DNA of 64,000 bases. Source: Felis catus (Eukaryota). The notes under the pieces were generated by a model, which did not search any database, was not told where the DNA came from, and saw only the letters and a program-made list of their open reading frames with translations. The DNA lies in contig NC_058368.1 in NCBI RefSeq assembly GCF_018350175.1, forward strand, positions 175,524,001-175,588,000, written 5' to 3'. The translations under genes and the position numbers were made by a program. Below, piece after piece: positions 50,367-61,950 of this stretch (position 1 is the first letter of the stretch; each line of letters opens with the position of its first letter).

Positions 50367-50890
50367 TATCTTGGGCTAGGGACCGGTTCTCTCCGTATCA
50401 TCATCTTTAGGTAAGGAAGTCTGAGGAGTCCGAGAATTCTAACTTTGAACTTGGCCTTACAGGTCATTGTAAAGGTGTATTTGTCAATGTAGGAGACTAC
50501 CCGATACTTCAGTTTATTAATTCTATTTATAACTTGTAAGTATTTCGACATATGGTGGATGGACTTCCATTTATACTCTTTCCCTGGGCCTGCAAATGTT
50601 AGTAAATATTAATAGTGGGCCAGCAGGTGGATTTCACTTCTTTCTCTTTGCTGCCTGACCCCCATTAGTACTTGAGTTTGTGGCTCCCACTAAACTGTGA
50701 GCTTCATGAGGGGGGCATCCAGCCACGCCGCCCCTCGCCATGTATCCAATTAATGTTGAATGAGTGACTAGGTAATCTGAGAGCAAATATTTCAGTTTAG
50801 TCCTTTTGGAACTACTTTCTTCTGTCATCTATGTACACACATCGCAATTATTTAAAGTTTTCTCCTTAGAAATATGATTAACCTCTAGAC

Positions 50891-51107
50891 TTTTTTTTTT
50901 TTAATGTGTATTTATTTTTGAGACAGAGAGAGACAGAGCATGAACGAGGGAGGGTCAGAGAGAGAGAGGGAGACACAGAATCCAAAGCAGGCTCCAGTCT
51001 CCAAGCTGTCAGCACAGAGCCCGACGCGGGGCTCAAACTCACGGACTGTGAGATCGTGACCTGAGCCGAAGTCGGCCGCTTAACTGACTGAGCCACCCAG
51101 GCGCCCC
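50891..51107 (-). mobile_element. Can-SINE
   Basis: Full length; TSD cctctagactttttttt. Confidence 0.95.
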
Positions 51108-52229
51108 CTCTAGACTTTTTTTTTGGTGATTTCTATTTTTCTGATTTAAAGTGAATTTATATGCATGGCAAAATAATCCAAAAGGTTTAAACAAGCACAA
51201 AGAACCTCATGCGTTGTCCTAACTCCACGGACGCCACCATTATTCACATTCTGATATCTTTATTTCCAGTCTTTTTTTCATCCATTTCTTTTCATAGTTG
51301 AGACCCTGCCCAGAGATTGATGACAGTAAGCTGCCACACTCCAACTATTTGAGCCATGTTTCTGCTGCTGTTTGTCATCCCTGTGATGCATTTCAAAAGA
51401 TAAATTGCCTAAGAAACTTCTCGATTTCACGGAGAAATATCGAAGTGAGGAGTGTTATGAACACTTTCCGGCGAGGTGAACGACCAGGTTCTAAATTTGT
51501 GTGTGGGGGAGAGTTCATGATATATTCTACTTACTGATCGTTCATCATTTTTATCAACATCATGATCACCATCGAGGGTCAACTATTAGCCATCTAATTG
51601 TTTACAGCCTTTTTCCATGGTGCTCTGTCTGAAAAATGCTGCCTACGCTTGGCCCGTTCCATTCCGAAAGTGACAGACCGCCCTGTGTACATGGCACGTG
51701 GTGCAGTCAGCAGTCCGCACACATGCATCAGGTGACGCACCCTTGAGATTCCAAGACTATCCAGGCCAAGAGGGGAGAGATGACTAGATTCCAAATTGCA
51801 GTAAGCATGACAAGCCAGTAGAATAAGGGTGCCATGGGGACACGGAAGAGAAGCTGCCTTACTCAGCCTGGGCTCCGGGGAGGGCTTCCAAGAAGAGGCG
51901 AAATTTGAGCGCTGTCTGGAAAGCTGAGCTAGGGGTTGGCAGGTGTGGAAAGGAATCGGGTGTCGGGGTGAGGCCCCTCAAGGGTGCGGCTGGGGAGGAG
52001 GAGGGCACCTAACCCACATTCATTGACAACTGTGTGCTATGTATTGAAGGGCCATGCTGGATCCTCAGAAGATAGAGATGGACAGATGAATGAATGACTG
52101 ACTATACGAACAGACCTTTGGGTGACATCCCACCTAATAGAACATTTCAGATCTACATCCCGATAATGAAGCCTAAGTCCGAGGCATTCTAGAATATCCC
52201 TAATAAAAGTAACTTAAAACACCCTCTAC

Positions 52230-53450
52230 ACTCTGGCAGTGCCTGTCAAAAATGTACATAGCCCATGACCCAGAAATTCTATTTCTTGGTTTCTGCTGTA
52301 AAGAAAAAAACCTGTTCAAATAACTTGCTTGTGTAAAAGGGTATACATCACAGCACTCTTCGTAAAAATAAAAAAAAAAAAGGGATCAACCAAAATGTGC
52401 AGAGATGAATGGTTGTCAAAACTAGGCTATATCTATACCATGGAACTGTATGGAAAGTTAGGGTTAGTAGATTTATATACACACAGTAAAAGCTCCAAGA
52501 CAGCCGAAGGTGGGGTGGGGGTGGGGGGGGAAGTCAAGCAACATACATACAATATATCATTTGTGTAAAAAAGTGACTTTTACATTGTGCGGGCACAAAA
52601 ATATCATGTTTCCTATAGTTAGAGAGATACACAAGTTTTTATTAGTTCAACAGAGACACATTTCATATAAACACTCAGATAACAAATTAAATGCTTTACC
52701 AGAGGACGGTTGTTGAATCGCAAACCGTGGCTACCTGTGAGGGAGGCAGAGATTGGAGGAGAGTACAGAGAGCCTGTATTCTGTGAATGAGTTCTGCAAT
52801 TAAAGACTAATTACAGCAATGAAAATGTTCTAACTTTCGTGATAAATCAGTACCACCTATCTGGGAATAAATTGAGCAACGTGAAACAAGACACTAAAAT
52901 GTTCCTGGCCTGTGAGTGAGTCATTTTCCTTTTAGAAATCCATCCAAAGGAAGTAACCACAGAGAGCTACAAAGATTTTCATATAAAGATATTCAGTGCA
53001 GGGGTTCCTGGTGTGGCTCAGTCGATTAAGCGATTAAGCATCTGACTTCGGCTTAGGCCGTGATCTCAAGGTTCGTGAGTTCGAGCCCCATGTCGGGTTC
53101 TCTGCTGTCAGCACAGAGCCCGCTTCAGATCCTCTGTCTCCCTCTCTCTCTGCCCCTCCCCTGCGCACGCTCTCTCTCTTTCAAAAATAAACATGAAAAA
53201 AAAAGATGTTCAGTGCAGTATTATTTATCATAGTGGGGGAAAAAGGAATCATCTGAAGTGTTCAATTAAATGGGTAAAACTTAAGTGGTAAGTTTTCATA
53301 TGGAATGTTGGGTAGCCATCAAAACTTGGTTGCAGAAGAATTTTTATTGACTTGTAAAAATGTTAACAAAGTACTATGAAATCAGAATATAAAAATGTGA
53401 AGATAGTATGATCCCTAATATAATATAAGCACAAAGGCGCATAGACAAAG
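52230..53450 (+). mobile_element. Ancient L1 (L1M-type) ORF2 3' remnants
   Basis: Degenerate translation ITALFV..DEWLSKLGYIYTME resembles the L1 ORF2 C-terminus; catgacccagaaattctatttcttgg motif; a second similar segment at ~52880-53340. Confidence 0.7.
53001..53202 (+). mobile_element. Can-SINE nested in an old L1
   Basis: TSD aaagat(a/g)ttcagtgcag; small internal duplication cgattaag x2 in the head. Confidence 0.93.
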
Positions 53451-53539
53451 CCCATGAGGGTGGGGTACAGGACCCAGGAGAGCAATTTGACTGGGTCTCA
53501 TGTTCACTTAAGGTCTCAAATTTAGCCTTTTGACACAAT

Positions 53540-53770
53540 CTCTCTCTCTCTCTCTCTCTCTTAATGTTTATTTATTTATTCTTGAGAGAGAGAGAGAGAG
53601 AGAGTACAAGTGGGAGAGGGGCAGAGAGATAGAGGGAGACACAGAATCCAGAGCAGACTCCAGGCTCCAAGCTGTCAGCACAGAGCCCGACCCAGGGCTC
53701 GAACCCACAAACTGTGACATCATGACCTGAGCTGAAGTCATACGCACAACCAACTCAGCCATCCAGGCTG
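53540..53770 (-). mobile_element. Can-SINE (diverged, with (TC)n at the tail side)
   Basis: Body gagacacagaatccagagcagactccaggctccaagctgtcagcacagagcccgac is recognisable. Confidence 0.88.
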
Positions 53771-54774
53771 AGTCCTCGACATGATCTTTAAATGCCGTTT
53801 TATAAATAATCACAGGGATACTCTGAATAGTTACACTTACTCACAGATATACTGTTGCCATTTAATAATCATGTGACTCTGTTGCATGTAAACATTTAAA
53901 ATACAGCATAATTTTCCCCCACCCTGCTATACAGTATTGCTTCACAAATAGAGGAAGCCCCGACTGCTCACTCACTGAGAGGGCCTGTTCTGCCACGGGC
54001 ACACAGGGGCAGAAGGAAACACCCCAAATAGGACTGTGCACTCTTGGTGGTGGGATTATAGACTTTTTAATGGATCGTTTTCCCCTTTTCCTAAATTTTC
54101 TATACTGAGCGTGTTGTATTTCTTTCATAATTTAAAAGTAGCTCCAAAAATAGAGTAAAAATTAAAACAAAAACCAAAAAACACAAACAAAAAAAACGGA
54201 AGAGGAAATGTCCTTCTCTCAAACACAAAAGCAGCTCCTGGTTCTAGAATGTGCCACATCAGGATGTCCCCAGCCGGAGACCGAGGCAGACTGGCACCAG
54301 GGCTGGACAGAAAGAATGCAGCTGGACCCTGCTTCAGTACGTCACTGAAAGGCCAGCGGTGACTTCTGCCCCCACCCCTCCCGACACTGCGCTTCTGTGT
54401 GAGGCCAGAGCAATTCTGCAGGCCACGGGGGCAAGACAATTGTGGTTCAAAGCAGGACCTGACAGTTGGAGGGGGTGGGGAGATAATCCAGGCTCCTGAT
54501 AAACTGGGCGAACCTGCAGCCCTAGTTCCGTGGCTCTAAATCAGGGTGCGTGGGAGCCAGGAGGAGCTGCTCATTTGCAGGAACAAATGGGATACTCAGG
54601 TCGGGCTGATAAATAAATCCCTTTATCAGGGGACTTCAGAATAGGATTTATTTGCATGACAGACAAACAGCACCTCGGATGGCAGGCACAATAGGGTGAG
54701 AGAGGACACGAGTCACTAGATTAGAGTGGAATCTCTTATTAATGGATTCGGGCCCTATTCTTGACAGGTTCAGG

Positions 54775-54806
<32 letters not shown>

Positions 54807-54820
54807 GCGCGCGTGTGTGT
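54775..54820 (+). repeat. (GT)n/(GC)n microsatellite
   Basis: gtgtgt...gtgcgtgtgcgcgcgtgtgtgt. Confidence 0.93.
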
Positions 54821-57278
54821 TTTATAGCCAACAAAAGTGAATGCTCCTTCCCACCACCGTCCACCCTCGTGCTCCACGATTTCCTTTTTCTCCCCCACTA
54901 ACAAAGCGGGTGTAACTGGTTCTATCAGCAGAACCAGCGCACTGGGCGTTCAGGGTTTCCCCTCGTGAGGAAATCGCTCCTGCCTCCTTGCAGGAGACAC
55001 ACACGCACTGGTAGGTCAGGGAGCAAACAGAGTATCTAGTGGCGAGCAGCTGGGGCCGGGAGCCAGCACCCTCATTAGAGAAAGCTGCTGCTATTTCTAG
55101 CCTGCCTCTCTTCAGTGAAAGCAGGTCATTACAAACACAGCGCGTTTTTGCATATTAACCAAATTAAAATAATAATATGTTCTCTCCTTTCATGTGCTGT
55201 ACTGATAAATCCCAATTTATGAATGAAACATGCTGATTAGTTAGTTAAAAAATAATTAGTCCCAGAATGTGTTTCTGAGTCGGAGACTTAATGAATGCAC
55301 ACAAATACGTTTTCCCAAGTCCTCAGCACATTAGTCTTTTAAAGCAAAATATTCATAAGACGCGTTCATGAGAGACACATGATGAAGTAGCCTGATTTTA
55401 TTTTTCTTCCTTTCTCACTGCGTGGGGGTAAAATTTGGACGTTATTTGGTGCCTTTCAGGCTGGGTCACTTTAGAGATATGGATCCAAGCAATGGCGGTT
55501 ACACTCGATTGGGTTTTGACGTTCAGAGTGCCGAGAGAAGAGGTCTCAGCCCAGAAGCTCCTTCTTGTCCTGGAGACGACCTTCGAATTCTGTGATGGAG
55601 CCTTCATTTCTGGGGTCCGAAGGTTAATTACACAAAGGCTGGGGCAGCTGAGAATCAGGGGCTGGCATCCCCAAGACCAGGGTCGCGGTCAATTAGATTT
55701 TCATCATGTTCCTACATCTGGGAAAACCAGTACTGGGTTTTGGACAAAATCTAGGTATTTGGGCCACTGAGAATCAGGGGGTTCCAGACACTCCAAGGAC
55801 AGAGGAGCAAAGGGCCTTTAACCTGAAGACCAGCTGACCATTTCTAACCTGGGAGGCTGTGCACAGCACAACTGTACCTTCCTGGGGCATTAAATTCTAC
55901 GGCTTGTACTGCATTGTATATTGTAAAAAACCACGCTTGAAAATTCCTTATCTTGCCCAACAGATGTACGTCATAAATAAGATGGTTTAGTTTCCGTTGT
56001 TGGACCAGACCGCTGTTTCTTTGATTGGACTACAGGCTTGCATTTAGGAACTTTGTTTTGGACTCTCTTTCCTGCGTCTCTGCCTTGACCTTTCCTTCGG
56101 CCCGCAGTTCGCCCTCTTGAAGTCTGTCTGTCTAATGAACATGCCCTCACCACTCAACTCAAGCACACTCTCCTCTATGAAGCTCTCTCTTAGCCCGCCA
56201 CGAGTTGATATTCCCTCAGTTCTGTGTAGAGGCTGGGATCTGTTCTGATGCGTTGGGCAACCATTCAGACTTGTCTGTCTGCGTCAGTTGTAAGATATCT
56301 TGAAACTCCTCTCGATCCCTCCTCCCCACTCTGTGGTCCCACAGCACTCTGCAGGTATCTCTGTCTTTGTTATCCCGGGTTTTCTTTGTTGGTTTTTCCT
56401 TTTCTGCTTCCCTACCTGACTGTGAGTCAAGAGAGGACAGGTTTGACTATCATTCATCTCTGTAGCTGGCCCAGGGCTGGCCACTAGAAGGTATCAATAA
56501 TGGAGAGAGGGAGGGGACAAGGAGAGAGGAAGATGGGTAGAAGACGAGAAACATGGGGGGAAAGGGAGCTGGTGTATTTTGGGCCCATGTGCTGATCACC
56601 ATGAGGAAGTGGCCGCAGGCTATAAAGCTGTCTTCATAGACACCTCCCCCAGCCATCTGCCCCCAAAACTCTGGCACAAGAAATCTCTGCCTTTCCTAGA
56701 AAAATTTCAGCTCCTATGCAAATGGTATATAAGTGTTGAGTATTATCTGCGTTTTGCATTTGGAAAGAAAAAAAATCTCTTGCCCTGGCCTGTGTCTGTT
56801 TTATTGTCCGGCCCTTTGAGGCTCTGCTCTGTGAGTGTCTGTGCCAGTGTGTGTGGCTGAGAATGGGCGCTTTATGTGCAAAGGAAGCAAGGCTTTTTTT
56901 GGCCCGTTCTCTGAACCCGGCTGCCAGTCACAGGGCTGGCTGCCTCAATCCGCATCAAGGAAGTCTCGGTCTGTATTTGAGTCCTGTGCTAAGAAAGCCG
57001 CTGCCTTTCAGGGCAGGCCTCTCGGACATCCCTTGAATCGGGAGCACCCTGGGCCATAGAAGGCTCGCAGCCCAAGTGCCAAGCAGCACAGAGGAAGGGT
57101 ACAGAGCCCTTATGTGCCTTTCTCTTCGGGAAGCTCCGTGCTGCCGTGAAAAGGAATCGGGCTGACAGTGCAAATCTGCCTGCAAATCTTCCGCTGGGCG
57201 ATCTCAGGCAGGCTTTTCGACCTCTCTGTGCCTCATCAGTAACATGGGGAGAACAGAATTGCCACCTTGATAGAGTTG

Positions 57279-57348
57279 CTGTGACGAATTGACACAACGC
57301 ACCTGATCACGTTCTGTGACGAATTGACACAACGCACCTGATCACGTT
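57279..57348 (+). repeat. Perfect 2 x 35-bp tandem duplication inside a MIR remnant
   Basis: ctgtgacgaattgacacaacgcacctgatcacgtt at 57279-57313 and 57314-57348. Confidence 0.95.
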
Positions 57349-58219
57349 TTGTGAACGGAAAGGTTAAATGCATGTGTCGGTTAACAGGAGATCAAAATGG
57401 GGGTTTTAGCAGAGGCACCAAGGTGCGACAGCGGCTACATTTCACGGGCGGGGCGGGGCCAGCCAAGCGAAGCCTTTACAAAAGAAAAACCCAAAAACCA
57501 GTTGCACACTTCTCCAAGCTCTTCACCACTTTGGAGGAGAGAACTGGGTTGGGCTGTTGAAATGTGGGGAAGAGTTTGTGAAAACTTCTTCGGAAAAGGA
57601 GTTTGTGCTTCGGCCTTAGCCCTTAGGCCATGGGGGACTCTCAGAGAGCTCCTGTCGTGTGCCCTGCCGTGGGGGGTGGGGCGCCTGGGTCTGGCGCATG
57701 CTCTTGGAAGTGACCGTGGCTGATGGCAGCAGAGGAGGGGAAGTAGGGATATGACCCTAGGTGGCAGGTGAGAGGTTGTAATCATAGGTGGTCACAGCAG
57801 GGACGTCTCCAGAAAATCTAAGTGTCAACCTAAAACATCTGTCACACTCAGAGAGTGCAAAGCCAGCCTTCGACAATACACACAACTGAGAACTTTTCTA
57901 TCCCCCTTACCTTCTTGGAGGATCCAGAAAACAGGCTCGCAAGCTCGCGGAGGAGCAGAAATGCTGGCGGTAGGCCCTATCAGGAAGAGGAGAGGAGACA
58001 GAGGTAATGAATGGAAGCAGTGTCCCTGAATTAGGATGATCACTGGACCTTCTATGACCTAACAGTGATTAGGAAACTCATGGGCCTGACCATATTCTCA
58101 TTCTGGAGCAAGGAATAGATTGCACACAATGAGTAGGTATAAAGGGAAATGATAGGCCAAAGATAAGAAGTTGTTTTATAGGAATCTTGCTTGTTCGATG
58201 TATTGGATACATTATTATC

Positions 58220-58420
58220 CCTTATCCAGCATGAACCATGTGCTAAGCGCTGCGCAAAGCACTTTATATTCTCAAATAACCCACGGATGTAGGAGCTGTT
58301 CCCATGTTCATTTTGCAAAGGAGGGAACTGAGGTTCAGAAAAGTCGGAAAACCTGCCATAGGTTGCAGGATGGGTGGGAAGGAGCCGGGATTGGGAGTCA
58401 GGTCGTCAGGCTCTAGAGTT
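58220..58420 (-). mobile_element. MIR remnant
   Basis: catgtgctaagcgctgcgcaaagcacttta...cattttgcaaaggagggaactgaggttcagaaaag. Confidence 0.7.
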
Positions 58421-60739
58421 GCCCTACCCCCTCCCACCTCCGTGTCTCAGTAGGCAGATCAGACAAGGTATTTGGTGAAGGGCTAAAGTTGTCCTTCATG
58501 CCTCCAAGTGCACTCAGCTAAAAATACTTCAAGAGCGCACAGGAATTCTCAGCAATCCCTTTGGGGAGGGACTTTAAGGAGACATGCTGTTTTGGTTAGA
58601 ATGACTTGGTTTTAAATATCAAGACTCACTCAGGCTAGCTTAAGGCCAACAGGGAACATGACCGGGAAGACACAGGGATGTATTCCCATCGCCTGTCGGG
58701 ACTCTCTCTGCCTCCTTCCCTCTCCTTTCTGTTTCTTACTCCTCCTCTTTTTCCCTCTGCACATTCCACAGTCCATTTTGCAGAATGTGGCTGCCTCCGA
58801 TCCCAAGTTAGAGGCAGGCTCCTCAATGCCAGCTCTGCAGAGGCTGAATCCTGATGAGACGTGCGGGGACAGTTTATATACAGTGAATATACACTGAGTA
58901 CCTACTACGTGCCAGCCATTATCTTAGACATTTGGGATGTAGCAGTGAACAAAACAGGGGAGAAAAATCAAATCAAAACAACCCCCGGGGGTGGGGGGGG
59001 GCGTCCCCTCCAGTGAGATTCTCATTGGTCTCTTTAGGGTCAGCTGACCTCTTCCCCTGGTCCAGTCAAACATGCCCGGGGGCGGGATCACAGAGTAGAG
59101 GCTGGTGGCTGGAAGCCCAGCCAGGAGACTGAGCTAGGTGTGGAATCCAAAGCTGTCAATCCCTGAAGCCATCCCAGCCAGAAGATTTCAACCCACAGTT
59201 GAGCTAGTTCTAGCAAAGTTTCAGCCCTTCATAGTGGCTGCTCCCCTCTGTTAGGTCCCACTGGCAGCCTCTCTCGGGAGGGTCCCCACCTCATCAGCCT
59301 CGTCCCTGGTCTCTTTCATGCCAGGTTTGATACACATTGTCCTTTATCCCACCCTTTTGTGTCGGACGAAGCCAGATCTTATTTCCCCATTGCTTTTTGC
59401 TCGTCTCTCCTCCCCGAGTGAATGCCTTTCAGGGGGGAAATGGGGCGGTTTTGCCCTGCCCTGGTGCAGGCATCGAGCGGAGGCAGAGCGGGACATGGGA
59501 GCCCACCCAGAGAAGAAACTATATATACTGGGGCTCTTGTCCCCCATACGGTCCCTTCTGAGCCACTGACACTGCTTTGTACAGCTGGGCCTGGCTGTGG
59601 GGACCTTGTCAAAGTGTCCTCATCCTTCACTGTCCTGCAGGGGGGAATTACGGCCACCTGACAGTTGGAGTCCTCCCCTGCTTCCTGTTTGACGGTCACT
59701 GTGATCAGCTTCGGTCCTGCCAGCTGCTGCTTTCCAATTGGCCGGGTTCTGGGCCTCCCACCTCCCTACCATGGGTACAGCCATTTTCTTTCTTTCCTTT
59801 TTGTATGCACGTAGCAACAACCCAACACCCTGACGGCAACTGTCAATGCGTTCGTTACATCCCTCCTCCAACTCTGTTCCCCCCACGTAATCTCCACAGA
59901 GACGGTGGGCTGGAGCCAGGCTCTGGGGTCACACAGACCTGCAAGGTTGCCTATTCTAGGGTTGCCCTGAAGACGAAATGAGATAATGTACAAAATTCGA
60001 ATAAGCACGTGTGCTATTAAGCATGTTCACACATCTTACTGATTTAATCATGGCACCTCCAAGAGGTAGGTACCATTATTCTACGGATTTTACGCACAGG
60101 GAGGCAGAGCCATCAACAGGGGCCTGATGTAACTGGCTCCAGGGTAGGAGCTAGGATAAGGATGAGGCAGGAAATGGGTAGAGAAATCATGTCTGTTCAC
60201 CGCGTCAGTCCCACGCTCAGCCACACGGCCTGAAGTGCCTGGCACCCAGTAGGAGTTCGAAACAACGTGAATTGCATTTCTCCATGCTGCAGATCTATAA
60301 CAACAAGGCTACAGAGCAGAATGGATGTTTGGGACAATGTCTGTGTGAACCATTAGGGAATAAAAGCAAGCCGATGATACGACCAAGTAAGGTTGAACAG
60401 CACCTACTGTGCGTCAGGGGCTCTCCTGAGGACTTGGTGTGTGTCATTGCAAATTAGTCGTGAGAAGCACCACATACGGTAGGTGAATACACCCCCGTGG
60501 TTTGTGTGAGTTCTGTCCCCTTAGACGTCTGAGATTCCTGATCTCACACGAGGGCCGAAAACCACTTTTTCTTAGAACTGGCAGGAAAGACTCTTGTGAG
60601 TGGCCCAAACTGAACAGCAAACAGGATGTGCAAAGATTTGGAAGGACAACCTTGTCATGGCCAAATTTCCAGCCTTATTTTCCACTGGTCCAGAAAAATA
60701 TATGCACAGAGTAAAGCAGTATCCAGGCCGAGAACCTGG

Positions 60740-61250
60740 AGGTGTCAGTCAGGGACTGGCAGGAAACAGATGGCACACTCAAATTAGTGATTCGAGAAGA
60801 GTTTAATAAAGGAGCTATTTACAAAGATGTGGGGAAACCACAGGGGTAGTGCAGTTCCCTGGGGCCAGTAATAGCTGAGTGCTGTCACCTCCCCTAGGCC
60901 TGAAGGGAGAGGGGACAGAGCGGTGACCTGAACTGTGCCGAAAGGCCCACCCTGCAGGAGCTGTGGCTTTTGGTAGAGGGACCCAGCCAACCCACAGTGA
61001 CCCAGCAAGGCGGAGGCAGGGGACTAAATCCTGCAGCCTTGCTCTCCTCCCTCCTTCCCATCGCCCGCTCAGGCTCCCCATTGTCTGAGCCCAACCAGGA
61101 ACCAGAGGGCAAGGAGGGTGGTCCAAAGATTCAATCCACCCAGATAAGCCTCCCCAGGGCACAGAGCAGAGTGGAAGAGGTGGGAACGTGGGACTGGATG
61201 GGCAAAGGGAAGATTTCTGGAACACTGCGTCTCAACTATAACCACAGAGG
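60740..61250. mobile_element. ERVL-type solo LTR remnant (LTR33/LTR16-like)
   Basis: gtcagggactggcaggaaacagatggcacactcaaa...gagtttaataaaggagctatttacaaagatgtggg; recognised from memory, not database-checked. Confidence 0.5.
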
Positions 61251-61759
61251 CCATTGACTCCCTGGGACATTTGCAGGCAAAGAGAAGTTTGGGACCTCCA
61301 TGGTGGTGGCCCGTTTCTGGGTTTGTGGAGTGGGATGGTGGGTGCACGTGCTTGGCAGACTTGTGCTGGCCAAGCCAGGAGCCTGACGTCACCTCTGCCC
61401 CTTACACCTTGGATGGGGTCTCTTCACCAACTCGAATCGACTGGGGGTAGTGAATCTCATTTTTCTTTATGGCTACACTCTTCAAAGCCAGAAATAGCCA
61501 AAGGGGACTTTGTAAGCCCAGGAGTGTCTCTGACTGCAAACGCAGTCATGTCCTTTAACACGGGCATCAGTTTTACTTCTATGATTTCGTTTCTGATATT
61601 TGCGTGTCCGTCCCATTGTCTAAGATATAAACCCCACAATGGCATGTTTTATTCATCCCCACACGCCCAGAACTTGACACGAGGCTGACATTCTGTAGGA
61701 TCGCAATAAATATTCGTTAAATCTTTATGTCCTGTAGTCCTCGGCAGATTCCAATTTAA

Positions 61760-61950
61760 CCGGCATTTATTAAGGCCCTACTACTCTTCGAGGGCTGTGT
61801 CAGGTCATTTTCATATCGCTTCTCTAATTTAATATTCCCCACAGCCCGAGTTTCTTATCTCCATTTTTACAAATGAGGAAACTGAGGCTCAAGGAGACGA
61901 AAGAGACAGAGCCTGGATTTGAACAGAGTTCTGCTTCCCTGGCCTAATGC
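61760..61950 (-). mobile_element. MIR remnant
   Basis: gcatttattaaggccctact...ccatttttacaaatgaggaaactgaggctcaa. Confidence 0.75.

Noticed and set aside
3647..53813. Recurrent ORFs such as GAPGWRSRLSVRLQ..., WVAQSVKRPTSAQV... and RQRETEHERG... that look like a gene family
   Set aside because: They are translations of Can-SINE copies in various frames.
57279..57348. 35-bp direct repeats as a CRISPR-like array
   Set aside because: Only two adjacent copies, no spacer, mammalian context.
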